This document shows, piece by piece, positions 7,267 to 16,756 of a stretch of DNA of 37,100 nt. Within the stretch, counting starts at the first letter, position 1, and every line of letters starts with the position of its first letter. The position numbers were made by a program, and so were the translations under genes. This DNA is from a virus (lineage: Duplodnaviria; Caudoviricetes), in IMG/VR virus record IMGVR_UViG_3300011338_000713, positions 1-37,100 of that record; one strand, given 5' to 3'. Under the pieces are notes generated by a model that was given only the letters and a program-made list of their open reading frames with translations, searched no databases and was not told the origin of the DNA.

Positions 7267-9279
7267 ATGGGTTCATACGAATCAGGTCAATATTCACTAG
7301 GATTTATCGATCCCTCTGATGTTCAGGCTAAAGATCTGAAACAAATGATGGATTGGTTTTATCAAAGCAATTATATCGGTGCTAGCTCACAATGGATGCA
7401 AGGGGCTATTGATAAAAGATTTAAAGTTGGTGATCAAAACACAAACAATCAATTTTACGGTAATAATTCACAAAACGTTCAAAAATTCTTTTTTAATTTA
7501 ATTCAACGACATGTAAGTATGATATGTGGATTTCAGCGTAAGAATAGAAAATCTACAATTGCAATGCCAGTGAATGATAATGATGACTCTCTTGTTGATG
7601 ATTATAACAAAGTATTTAGATATTGTGATGAAAGGGATGGATTTCAAGAATATCTGTCACAAGCCTTCGAAGGGTGTGTCGATACTGGTGAAACACTTCT
7701 TCATTTATATCCTGACTATACTTTTGATCCTATTTCTTCTGATCTTTTTACTGATTCTATATCATATAATAATTATTTGATTGATCAATATTGCCGTAAA
7801 ATGGATCTTTCTGATTGTAACGGTATTTGGCGAAGACGTTGGACATCAAAAGAAATGGCAAAAAATTTAATACCTGGCTATTCAAAAGAAATTGATAAAA
7901 TGAAGCCTGGAGGAATGAAAGACGGTAGATTTCCTTTACAAGCAGAATTGCAGAACGTTTCAGTAAACAATTTATTTACATATGACGAATTTTATTATCG
8001 CGCTACACGTAAAGGTCAGATAATACTTGATCCAAAAACAGGTGAATCACATGAATTTGAACCAGACGAGACAGAAGATGATGACATGTTGGATCAAATC
8101 ATGCGTCAACAACCCTGGCTTAGAGTTAAAGAAGTAGATATTCCAACATGTAAACTTGTTATTGCATTATCTGGAAAAATTATTTACCACGGTAAAAATT
8201 TACTTGAAATTGACGAATACCCTTTTGTGCCCTGTCAGTGCTACGTGGACCAAGATATTCAATCTCCTTCATGGAGAAAACGCGGGGTTATAAGGAATTT
8301 GCGCGATAGTCAATTTTTATACAACATGAGAAAAATAATTGAACTTCAGCTATTACAAAGTTCTTTAAATGCGGGTTGGATATATCCTGTTGATGTAGTA
8401 ACAGATCCGAAAGCTTTTAGACAATCTAGCGGTGGTGACGGATTCTTAATACCATTAAAAACAGGACATTTGCCAGGAGAAATACAACGAATAGAACCTG
8501 TTGCAATACCTCAAAGTTTATTAGAATTATCTCAATCATTAGCCGAAGACATAACAAAAATATCAGGAGTAAACGAAGAACTTTTGGGATCAGCAACCGA
8601 CGATAAATCTGGAATACTTTCGATGTTGCGCCAAGGTGCCGGACTCACAACATTACAAACAATATTTGATAAATTAGATTATTCTCAAAGATTATATGGA
8701 AAAATCCGATTACAAGCTATTCGAAAAAACTTTTCTAAAGGAAAGATTCGCAATATTCTTGGTCATAATCCAGATCCACGATTTTTTCGTTCTTATTCAC
8801 AGAAATTCTCAATTGCAATCGAAGAAGGTAACTACTCAGCAACACAGAAACAGATGGAACTTCAGCAGTTACTCAATTTCAAAGAGATGGGTATTAACAT
8901 AGCTGATAAATCAATTCTACGTGCATCATTCATTACTAATAAAAAGAAAGTTATTGAAGAGATGGAAGAGCAAAATCAACAACAAGCATTACAAGCACAA
9001 CAGCAAGCAGAACAGCAACAGAAAGTAGATGATGCTAAGATAATGGGAATGATAGCTAAGTCAAATCTAGATAATGCTAAAGTATTCGAAACTAAAGCAA
9101 AAATTGATGATATTGAAGCGAGTGCAGAACATAAGCGAGTTGGTGCAGATTTAGACTTAGTGAAGTTAATTTTGGAATTGGAAGATATGCAATTTCAGCA
9201 GTTTTCAAACGCATTACAATATGTTCAAACTGTCAAACAAATAAACCAAGAATCATCACAAATGCAAAACACAGTTTAA
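7267..9279 (+). CDS. Portal protein (P22-like)
   Basis: 670 aa after terL; FNLIQRHV..ICG.QR, YPFVP, GVIRNLRDSQ, ITKISGVNEELLG, SG...LRQ motifs; Gln-rich C-terminal barrel helix. Confidence 0.9.
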   Translation: MGSYESGQYSLGFIDPSDVQAKDLKQMMDWFYQSNYIGASSQWMQGAIDKRFKVGDQNTNNQFYGNNSQNVQKFFFNLIQRHVSMICGFQRKNRKSTIAMPVNDNDDSLVDDYNKVFRYCDERDGFQEYLSQAFEGCVDTGETLLHLYPDYTFDPISSDLFTDSISYNNYLIDQYCRKMDLSDCNGIWRRRWTSKEMAKNLIPGYSKEIDKMKPGGMKDGRFPLQAELQNVSVNNLFTYDEFYYRATRKGQIILDPKTGESHEFEPDETEDDDMLDQIMRQQPWLRVKEVDIPTCKLVIALSGKIIYHGKNLLEIDEYPFVPCQCYVDQDIQSPSWRKRGVIRNLRDSQFLYNMRKIIELQLLQSSLNAGWIYPVDVVTDPKAFRQSSGGDGFLIPLKTGHLPGEIQRIEPVAIPQSLLELSQSLAEDITKISGVNEELLGSATDDKSGILSMLRQGAGLTTLQTIFDKLDYSQRLYGKIRLQAIRKNFSKGKIRNILGHNPDPRFFRSYSQKFSIAIEEGNYSATQKQMELQQLLNFKEMGINIADKSILRASFITNKKKVIEEMEEQNQQQALQAQQQAEQQQKVDDAKIMGMIAKSNLDNAKVFETKAKIDDIEASAEHKRVGADLDLVKLILELEDMQFQQFSNALQYVQTVKQINQESSQMQNTV

Positions 9280-9324
9280 TATTTAATTATTTTTATGATA
9301 ATGTATTCACAAAAGTGAGTATAT

Positions 9325-10053
9325 ATGACTAAATTTATTGATAGAACAAATCAAATTTACGGAAATTGGAAGATCATTGAAAGATCAAGTAATGAAAAAT
9401 CTTACACTATGTGGTTATGCGAATGTAAATGTGGAAAAAGAAAAGTGATTAGAGGAACTGAAATAGAAAGTTCTCATGCAAGAAAAGATTGCGGTTGTTC
9501 AAAAACTTGGATCGGAAAAAGATTTGGAAGATTTTTAGTAATTGGTAAGGAAGGGAATAAATGTTTCAACAATTCTTTTGTGAATTGTGTTTGTGATTGC
9601 GGTAATAAAAAATCTGTTTGGGGAACTTCATTATATAATGGATGTTCAAAATCTTGTGGTTGTATTACCAAAGAAAAATCAGAAAAAAGAAGTTTAATAA
9701 AAGTTATGAGTTATTACAAAACACATGCAAGAAAAAATAAAAGAGAATTTTATTTAAATGAAATTGAATTTAAAGAATTAATTGAAAAAAATTGTTTTTA
9801 TTGTAATTCTAAACCTGAAAACAAAGTTATTATTAAAAATAAAAAAGATTATTTATATAATGGAATAGATAGAGTTGATAATAAAAAAGGTTATATAAAA
9901 GAAAATTGTGTTTCATGTTGCAAAAATTGTAACCTTATGAAACGAGAAATGTCATATGATAATTGGATAAATCATATGAAAAATATATTGAATTATATAT
10001 TGTTTAAAGAAGAACAACAAAATCCGGCAACAGTCGGACAGGGGGTAATATGA
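9325..10053 (+). CDS. HNH/His-Me homing endonuclease 2
   Basis: Two N-terminal G.RFG..V...C.CDCG...SCGC repeats, then CFYC...GIDRVDNKKGYIKENCVSCCKNCNLMK. Confidence 0.85.
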   Translation: MTKFIDRTNQIYGNWKIIERSSNEKSYTMWLCECKCGKRKVIRGTEIESSHARKDCGCSKTWIGKRFGRFLVIGKEGNKCFNNSFVNCVCDCGNKKSVWGTSLYNGCSKSCGCITKEKSEKRSLIKVMSYYKTHARKNKREFYLNEIEFKELIEKNCFYCNSKPENKVIIKNKKDYLYNGIDRVDNKKGYIKENCVSCCKNCNLMKREMSYDNWINHMKNILNYILFKEEQQNPATVGQGVI

Positions 10054-10235
10054 AAGAAAAAATGTCAGGTCGCGGAATGCCATATTTTCAAAATGATCAT
10101 TGGCAAAAGAATGTAGAAGATGTAAATTTAGGTGGAACAAAATACAATCCATCCGAAATGAATCAAGTAGGTGAATATAAAGAAATGGTTGATAAACAAT
10201 CAGCTTATTTGAAAAAACATAAAGCACAACATTAA
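10050..10235 (+). CDS. Hypothetical protein
   Basis: 61 aa; SD GGGGT; ATGA overlap with previous gene. Confidence 0.75.
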   Translation: MKEKMSGRGMPYFQNDHWQKNVEDVNLGGTKYNPSEMNQVGEYKEMVDKQSAYLKKHKAQH

Positions 10236-10239
10236 TTTT

Positions 10240-10267
10240 AAGAGGCTTCATTAGCCTCTTTTTATTT
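10240..10267 (+). terminator. Intrinsic terminator
   Basis: AAGAGGCT/AGCCTCTT stem, 5-nt loop, followed by TTTATTT. Confidence 0.7.
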
Positions 10268-10278
10268 AAGGAATTAAT

Positions 10279-10491
10279 ATGGCAAAAGTTAAACATGCTC
10301 CTGATTATGCTAAAGATAAAACTGCCGATGTAATTAAAAAGGGAAGTGGTCCAGCTATACCGCAAGAACATTGGCAAGTAAATAGAGATTTAACACCACA
10401 AGGTGATAATACTGGTTGGGGAGCATTTTTACCTAGACCAGGAAAAGATAGACCTACTCCACATACAAAAACAAATGAGACAGATTATTAA
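10279..10491 (+). CDS. Hypothetical protein
   Basis: 70 aa; SD AAGGA. Confidence 0.75.
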   Translation: MAKVKHAPDYAKDKTADVIKKGSGPAIPQEHWQVNRDLTPQGDNTGWGAFLPRPGKDRPTPHTKTNETDY

Positions 10492-10688
10492 TGGAATTAT
10501 GGACAGATGAATATTTTAAAGATTTAATAATACGTCATATTAAAAAAGAAATTTCAATGAAATTTTTTGTTAAAGAAAATAGACATCCAACGATTGAAGA
10601 TTATAAATATTATATGAATTTATGGACAAATATAACATTCGATGAAATGAAAATAAATAATTATGATTTAGGTATTAGTGATGAGTGA
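10491..10688 (+). CDS. Hypothetical protein
   Basis: 65 aa; TAATG coupling. Confidence 0.65.
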   Translation: MELWTDEYFKDLIIRHIKKEISMKFFVKENRHPTIEDYKYYMNLWTNITFDEMKINNYDLGISDE

Positions 10689-10920
10689 TTTTGAAAAAAC
10701 ATATAATATCGATCCACAAAGGGAAAGACCTATTTTCTTTGAAAGAACGCCGGCTTATGAAAAATGGCGTGCTGAACAAGATTTAATGGAAAAACAATTC
10801 AAATTACAAAATGAAGAAGAACCATTAAATGAAGTAGAACAACCTGTAAAAGTAAAGAGAAAATATGAGAAAAACAAGAGTAAAATTGTTAAAAAAAAGC
10901 TTAATAAAAATGATTCCTAA
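10681..10920 (+). CDS. Hypothetical protein
   Basis: About 79 aa with a basic C-terminus; ATG 10681 or GTG 10678. Confidence 0.65.
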   Translation: MSDFEKTYNIDPQRERPIFFERTPAYEKWRAEQDLMEKQFKLQNEEEPLNEVEQPVKVKRKYEKNKSKIVKKKLNKNDS

Positions 10921-10977
10921 TTTCACTAAACAACAATGGCGTAGATATAAAACTAATTATCTTTTGGGTTGGGTGTA

Positions 10978-11610
10978 ATGAATCAAATTGTAAAAAGAAA
11001 AACAGCTGGTGAATTATCTCAAATTGCTTCAAAAGACAACACGAAATATTTAGCACGTGAAGTTGGTGAAGCTATGTGTCAAGATGTTGATGTCGAATTA
11101 AGAAAATGTATAAATATTTATAAAGATAAAATTGATGAAGATGAATTTTGTATTGTAAGAATCATAGCTGAAGATCCATTGATAAAGTCTTTAAAACGTT
11201 TTAAATACTATGGATGGCCTTATTTACCGTCACCAAGACCTAATCAAGCTGTATTTCTATACAATAAACCCCTAGATAAAATAACTCATAGATTATGGGT
11301 ATTGCCGAATGCAATGTTAATGGCAACTCTTTCAATGGAAGATGTTTTAGTACCAAAAGAATATCAGACCATGCAAGCATGGTCTGTAGCATTTTTTAAA
11401 GGGCAATTTTGGGAATATGTTAGATATGATCAAAAGATTAATTTACTTTCAGAAAGAGAGTATCTATTAAAACATCGAGAAGAATTGATCAAGGCTGGCT
11501 GTAAGGTGCCTAATTCTCGTGTCACCGAGCCCTTTGATTTTAGTAAAATCTACATTGATAAGATCGTAGACACGCAAAAAGCCATTACTCAAAAGGATAT
11601 TCTCAATTGA
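10978..11610 (+). CDS. Hypothetical head-region protein
   Basis: About 210 aa, globular composition; ATG 10978 after GGGTG; 3' end overlaps an antisense gene. Confidence 0.75.
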   Translation: MNQIVKRKTAGELSQIASKDNTKYLAREVGEAMCQDVDVELRKCINIYKDKIDEDEFCIVRIIAEDPLIKSLKRFKYYGWPYLPSPRPNQAVFLYNKPLDKITHRLWVLPNAMLMATLSMEDVLVPKEYQTMQAWSVAFFKGQFWEYVRYDQKINLLSEREYLLKHREELIKAGCKVPNSRVTEPFDFSKIYIDKIVDTQKAITQKDILN

Positions 11611-11757
11611 TTTTGGTAAATTTAACATTGAGATTGGAACATCAGAAACCATATATTGTAAAGTCTTTGTGTAATCCGAATAACTTTTTAATAATTCCTG
11701 TTTGAACTTTTTAAGTTGCATTTCATCAATTATTTTTGTATTTTCTAGCTCAGACAT
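11467..11757 (-). CDS. RNA polymerase alpha-CTD-like / HhH domain protein
   Basis: VPISMLNLPKSIENILLSNGFLRVYDLINVDFTKIKGLGDTRIRHLTASL follows the alpha-CTD pattern I.eL.L..r..n.L...gi..v.DL......l.ki.nlG.ks..ei...L. Confidence 0.75.
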   Translation of the reverse strand: MSELENTKIIDEMQLKKFKQELLKSYSDYTKTLQYMVSDVPISMLNLPKSIENILLSNGFLRVYDLINVDFTKIKGLGDTRIRHLTASLDQFFSMF

Positions 11758-11770
11758 AAAGGAGAAACCT

Positions 11771-12532
11771 ATGAATAATAATACAATAGAAAATAAAGCA
11801 GAAAGCGTTGCAACGCAAGAAAAAACCGAAAAAATCGCGGTTAAAGAAGAAATTAATAATCCGACAATAGTAAAAGAAGAAACGCCCGCTGAAGATCCTA
11901 ACTGGAAAGCTTTTCGTGAAGGTAGAAAAAAAGATAGACTTGAAAGAGAAGCTGCAGAAGCAAAAGCACGTGAAAAAGAAGCTGAAGTATTAGCGCTTAA
12001 AGCAGCAATGGAAGCAGCATTTACAAATCAACCGATTCAAAGACAGCAATCCCAAAACAATGATTATAATAACGAAGAAGAAGAAACAGAAGATCAAAAG
12101 ATAGAAAGGAAAGTTCAGCAAGCTTTAGAAATAAGAGAAAAACAAGCACAAAAGCAAAGAGAAGAATATGAAAAACAATCATATCCGCAACGTCTAGTAC
12201 AAACATATAGCGATTTTAATTCTGCAATAGCTCAAGAAAATTTAGATTATTTAGAATATCATTATCCAGAAGTAGCTCAACCGCTTCAACATTTGCCAGA
12301 TGGTTTTGATAAATGGTCATATATTTATAAAGCTATTAAAAAGTTTGTTCCAAATCATTCAACCTCGAATAAAGAAGCCAAAAAGGCAGAAAATAATTTT
12401 AATAAGCCAAAATCTATGTCCACAACTTCTATTACACAACCAGGAAATACATCAGGCAGTCATATTATTCCCGAAGATCGAAAAGCACAAAATTGGGCGA
12501 GGATGAAAGCACGAATGAATGCTATAGAATAA
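11771..12532 (+). CDS. Capsid scaffolding protein
   Basis: Charged coiled-coil protein directly upstream of the major capsid gene; ATG 11771 after SD AAGGAG. Confidence 0.75.
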   Translation: MNNNTIENKAESVATQEKTEKIAVKEEINNPTIVKEETPAEDPNWKAFREGRKKDRLEREAAEAKAREKEAEVLALKAAMEAAFTNQPIQRQQSQNNDYNNEEEETEDQKIERKVQQALEIREKQAQKQREEYEKQSYPQRLVQTYSDFNSAIAQENLDYLEYHYPEVAQPLQHLPDGFDKWSYIYKAIKKFVPNHSTSNKEAKKAENNFNKPKSMSTTSITQPGNTSGSHIIPEDRKAQNWARMKARMNAIE

Positions 12533-12570
12533 TTTCATGAAATACACAATAGAAAACGGAATAAATTTGT

Positions 12571-12599
12571 TTGATTAAAATCTTTTTTCCAATTACTAT
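12571..12599 (+). promoter_or_regulatory. Promoter for the major capsid gene
   Basis: TTGATT(12571-12576)-N17-TACTAT(12594-12599). Confidence 0.6.
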
Positions 12600-12606
12600 G
12601 GATTTT

Positions 12607-12705
12607 AACAGAACGATGAATTCGTTAATTCACATTTAGACTGAAAAGTACCTCGTCAGTACAGCGGTAATTAGTTCACTCGCAATGAACGCAATTATTA
12701 ACTGT
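12607..12705 (+). ncRNA. Candidate structured 5' leader with three UCGY-loop hairpins
   Basis: TGAAT-tcgtta-ATTCA(12617-12632), GTAC-ctcgtca-GTAC(12648-12662), GTTCA-ctcgcaa-TGAAC(12674-12690). Confidence 0.55.
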
Positions 12706-12721
12706 ATAATGAGGTTTTTTT

Positions 12722-13690
12722 ATGTCATTTTCAACTGGTATCGTTGGAATAGGCAATATGGCTCCTGAGCTTCCAGTACAGGCAGCTGAAGACTTGTTGT
12801 CAACTCCTATGTTTAATCTAATTCACAGTTTCGGTGTTGATTTGCATCATGCAGAATCATATATCGGAAAAACTACTCGTATGTCACGTTTCGAACGTCT
12901 TTCAACAGACGGCGGTCAACTTGATGGTTCTGGTATTGATCCAGCATCAGAAGTTCCAGTACGTACTGACATTGATGCGACTATGGAAATTTACGCAAAA
13001 TCAATCGTTACAAACGAACAAGTTGTTTTGTGGGAAAATTCAAAAACGCTTACAAAATTTACAGCATTGCTTGGACAATGGCTACGTGAAAAGGAAGATC
13101 TCTTAATGAGAGATTTGTTCTCCAGTTCAGTTTCCTACATTAATGCTACTGGTGGATTGAATGCCGATCAGCCAAGTAACATCAGCTTAAACGATGTAAA
13201 TAACATTGAAAATATTTTACTTGGAAATGATGCAAGATCAATGTTAACAAGTTTAGAAGCAACTCTAAAATTTGCAACAGGTGGTGTTCGAGATGCTTTT
13301 ATTGCGCTTGCTAATACTAACTTGTCTGCAGACCTTCAAAAAGTTCAAGGAGTAATGCTGAAATCAGCATACCCTACGCAAGAAGGTATTAGACCAGAAG
13401 AATATTGCTCAATTTCAAGATTCCGTTTCTTTGTTTCATCAAAAGCAGCAAGAATTCCAGGCATTTCTTTGAAAGGAAATACAGTTTATACAATTCCTAT
13501 GTTCGGTTTGGAAGCAGCAGCAAAAATTGAACAGAATAATTACACCGCTGTTATTGGATATAGACCGCCATGGGTAGTTTCATCCGTTGCACAAAATAGC
13601 CAATTGTATGCGAAATTTGCTATCGCTAGAGCGATTACAAATCAAAACTGGATCTCTGGCTTGAATGTAACTACATTCCAACCCTCATAA
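12722..13690 (+). CDS. Major capsid protein (N4-gp56-like)
   Basis: 322 aa after scaffold; GKTTRMSRFERL, G..P pattern and EYCSISRFRFFVSS; SD GAGGT. Confidence 0.85.
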   Translation: MSFSTGIVGIGNMAPELPVQAAEDLLSTPMFNLIHSFGVDLHHAESYIGKTTRMSRFERLSTDGGQLDGSGIDPASEVPVRTDIDATMEIYAKSIVTNEQVVLWENSKTLTKFTALLGQWLREKEDLLMRDLFSSSVSYINATGGLNADQPSNISLNDVNNIENILLGNDARSMLTSLEATLKFATGGVRDAFIALANTNLSADLQKVQGVMLKSAYPTQEGIRPEEYCSISRFRFFVSSKAARIPGISLKGNTVYTIPMFGLEAAAKIEQNNYTAVIGYRPPWVVSSVAQNSQLYAKFAIARAITNQNWISGLNVTTFQPS

Positions 13691-13699
13691 GGAGATACA

Positions 13700-14713
13700 A
13701 TGGCTTTTACTATCATTTTTCAGCAAAAAATTGTACAACCAGCAACAGCGGTTACACAATTTCTTAATGTTCCAAGTGGAGCTGATTATATTAGAGTAAT
13801 TAACTTTACTCAAAGAAATTTAAGTAGTTCAACTGCTGGAAATCAGTTTGAATTTTATCCTGCTATTGATCCTCAAGGATCTTCTTTTGAAAGATTTAGA
13901 AATAATTCTACAACTTCATTAGAAAAATATAATACGACAGGTGGTTTTGTTTATAATCAAAAATATCCAGAACCAGAAGCAGCTTTGACAGGTACAACAA
14001 TCACACAAGCAAATGGTGCTGTCGCTTCAGTGACAAATACCTATAGCAATGGTGATAGAGTTGTTATTTATAATGCTGTCGGAATGCAACAAATTTCCGG
14101 TATGGTATTTACAATTAGCTCTGTTACTGGTTCACAATTTACATTATTGGGACTAGATTCATCTGGCTTTGCTGCTGGTGCAACTGCATTCAGCGTTAGA
14201 AGAATTGCTCCTGCAAATCGCGTTGAGCCTAGATTCTTCTACATCACAAAAATTAGTCAAGCAACTCAAGCGGTTGTTACACTATCTGAAGCACATGATT
14301 ATGTTGTTGGAATGAAAGTTGAATTTACTGTACCAGGTTCCTGCGGAATGGTTCAGTTAAACAACTTTAACCAACCGCAAAGTTTACCTGCTGTTATTGT
14401 GGCAGTAAGCACATATACTATTACAGTAAATGTTGATACATCATCGTATACAGCTTTTGCATTACCTGCATCAACAGCTTCACCAACAGCACAATTATTT
14501 GCTACTGTTGCTCCAGCTGGTGCAAGTACACAAGTGTTGGGAAGTTTTCCAAATCAAGTTGTTACTGGATATAATTTCCAATATCAAAGTTTTAGAAGCG
14601 GATTGTTTGTACCGTATTTAGTTTTACCAGCTGGTGCAGATTCACCTGGTGGACAAGCTAATGATGTATTACTAGTTCAAGTTTACAAGATGGAAACTGG
14701 AACAATGGTGTAA
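13700..14713 (+). CDS. Virion (capsid decoration-type) protein with two E1-FCCH-like beta domains
   Basis: Directly after the capsid gene, SD AAGGAG; repeats ITQANGAV...GDRVVI...GMQQISG...FTL and ISQATQAVV...GMKVEF...GMVQLN...ITVNVDTS. Confidence 0.65.
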   Translation: MAFTIIFQQKIVQPATAVTQFLNVPSGADYIRVINFTQRNLSSSTAGNQFEFYPAIDPQGSSFERFRNNSTTSLEKYNTTGGFVYNQKYPEPEAALTGTTITQANGAVASVTNTYSNGDRVVIYNAVGMQQISGMVFTISSVTGSQFTLLGLDSSGFAAGATAFSVRRIAPANRVEPRFFYITKISQATQAVVTLSEAHDYVVGMKVEFTVPGSCGMVQLNNFNQPQSLPAVIVAVSTYTITVNVDTSSYTAFALPASTASPTAQLFATVAPAGASTQVLGSFPNQVVTGYNFQYQSFRSGLFVPYLVLPAGADSPGGQANDVLLVQVYKMETGTMV

Positions 14714-14725
14714 ATATAATTTACT

Positions 14726-14763
14726 TGATCATATCGGTATTATCGCCGATATGATCATATTTT
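14726..14763 (+). terminator. Terminator or 3' stabiliser hairpin after the capsid genes
   Basis: TGATCATATCGG/CCGATATGATCA 12-bp stem followed by TATTTT. Confidence 0.65.
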
Positions 14764-14771
14764 AGGATCGA

Positions 14772-15158
14772 ATGCCAAATAATTATCTTCCGCCAGTAAT
14801 AACGATACCATCAGCATTAGAAATAGTAGCTATATCTCAATCATTTCCAATGATTGTTACAACGACAATGAATAGCGACCAAGCTAATACATATATATCA
14901 GGACAATTAGTAAAGTTGAATGTTCCAAATGATTACAAAATGATTCAAGCAAATGGATTGCAAGGACAAATTGTAAATGTAAGTGGAGCAAATATAAGTT
15001 TAAATATAGATTCGACATTTTTCGATGCTTTTGTAATTCCTTCATCGATTAAGTCAATACAACCAGCAAGTTTATCACCAGCGGGATCAAGGAATTTGCA
15101 ATTTTCAAATAATACGAAACAAGTACCGTTTCAATCATTAAATAATTTTGGCAATTAA
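14772..15158 (+). CDS. Virion protein, single FCCH-like domain
   Basis: ISQSFPMIVT...GQLVKL...MIQANG...ISLNIDST repeats the motif of the upstream gene. Confidence 0.65.
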   Translation: MPNNYLPPVITIPSALEIVAISQSFPMIVTTTMNSDQANTYISGQLVKLNVPNDYKMIQANGLQGQIVNVSGANISLNIDSTFFDAFVIPSSIKSIQPASLSPAGSRNLQFSNNTKQVPFQSLNNFGN

Positions 15159-15169
15159 AGGAGATAAAT

Positions 15170-15601
15170 ATGTCTAATATTATGATGGCTACAGCTTCCG
15201 GTGAACAACACGGATTAATAAACACGTTAACAAATTTCGTTACAAATGATGACTTTAAAAATATGCTTCCAATTCATAAAGCTAAACTAGAAAAAGAAAG
15301 AAAAGAAGATGCTACGATTGTCAAAGCGGAATACATGAATTCTAGAGGTAGACATGAAAGATTAACAAAACCTTATTGTAAATATGCTGGAGATCCAATT
15401 CAAATTTGGCATTTTATTCCAGGAAGAGTTTATGAAGTACCACTTGGTCTTGTTAAAGAAGTAAATGACAATAACAAGAAATTGAAAAAAAGAAGTGGAT
15501 TGGTCAGTATGGATGGTGAAAATATCAAATCAGATGGTTCACCTTTAGATTCAGATCAAGACGGAGAATTTCTACATAAATTTGTAAGCACTTCATTTTA
15601 A
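15170..15601 (+). CDS. Hypothetical protein
   Basis: 143 aa; SD AAGGAG. Confidence 0.8.
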   Translation: MSNIMMATASGEQHGLINTLTNFVTNDDFKNMLPIHKAKLEKERKEDATIVKAEYMNSRGRHERLTKPYCKYAGDPIQIWHFIPGRVYEVPLGLVKEVNDNNKKLKKRSGLVSMDGENIKSDGSPLDSDQDGEFLHKFVSTSF

Positions 15602-15613
15602 TAGGAATATAAT

Positions 15614-16756
15614 ATGGCTTCAGTACTGCCTGCAGATTCAACTTATACTATGATAGAACAGAAAGTTAGGCATTTAACTGCTTCAACAGAATCAGCTGTT
15701 CCAAGTACCGTTATTCAGCGGGCAGTAAATACATTTTATAATCAAGATTTCCCATATGCAATTAAATTAGACCAAACAAGACAAGTATATAAATTTTTAA
15801 CAATTCCAAACGTAGATAGATATCCAGTTGATGTTAATAATTTGCAGGGATTTCGCGCTCCAGTTTATTTTGCGGGAGTAAGAGGAAATTTTTTTAAAAA
15901 CAGAGAACTTTTATATAATTTATATCCTCGTTATCCAACTCAATATCAGCCTATTGGAGGAGATGGGATAACAACAAGTTTTACGTTTAGTTTATTTGGT
16001 AACAATCAAAATCCTTTTCCTCAGCCAAATTTTGGAATACTGAGTACACAATTAGTTATCGGCGGTATTGATGTAAATGGTAATCCGATACGAATTATTG
16101 ACGATGGTGGAGCTGTTGTAAATTCATTAGGTATTGGATCAAACACAACAACAGGTAAACTTCTTTTTATTAATCAAAACAATGTCGGAAATAATGTTTA
16201 TTTAGATGCTTCTAATGCACAAAAACCCGCTATACCACCTTTATCACCTATTCCTATTCCTTCGCCTCCTTCACCTTTAACTAATCAATATTGTGGTACT
16301 GTTAATTATGTTACAACACAGATAACAGTTAATTTCCCTGTAGCACCTGCAGCGGGGACAACTATAAATGTTTGGGCTGCAACTTATCAAGTAGGTAGAC
16401 CATATAATCTTTTATTTTGGAATAATGAGTTAACTATTCGACCTGTTCCAGATAATGTTTATCTTTGTGAAGTAGAAGTTTATCAAACACCTGCACAATT
16501 TATGATGACAAATGATAATCCTGTTCTTAATCAATGGTGGCAATACATAGCTTATGGAACAGCAAGGGAATTACTAAGAGAAAGACAAGATGTGGAAGGT
16601 GTTGATAATCTAAAAGAAGGTTTTGATAGGCAAGAGGCTTTAGTATTAGAACGACAATCCATTGAAGAAATAGGACAGCCAAATTATACATTATTCAACA
16701 ACACCGAATATGGAAATAATTCAGGTGGTGGTTGGGGAATTGGGGTTGGGTATTAA
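15614..16756 (+). CDS. Head-tail adaptor (tail tubular A-like) with beta-rich insertion
   Basis: Helical N-terminus, ELTIRPVPDNVY and WWQYIAYGTARELL motifs typical of podovirus adaptors; gene position. Confidence 0.65.
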   Translation: MASVLPADSTYTMIEQKVRHLTASTESAVPSTVIQRAVNTFYNQDFPYAIKLDQTRQVYKFLTIPNVDRYPVDVNNLQGFRAPVYFAGVRGNFFKNRELLYNLYPRYPTQYQPIGGDGITTSFTFSLFGNNQNPFPQPNFGILSTQLVIGGIDVNGNPIRIIDDGGAVVNSLGIGSNTTTGKLLFINQNNVGNNVYLDASNAQKPAIPPLSPIPIPSPPSPLTNQYCGTVNYVTTQITVNFPVAPAAGTTINVWAATYQVGRPYNLLFWNNELTIRPVPDNVYLCEVEVYQTPAQFMMTNDNPVLNQWWQYIAYGTARELLRERQDVEGVDNLKEGFDRQEALVLERQSIEEIGQPNYTLFNNTEYGNNSGGGWGIGVGY

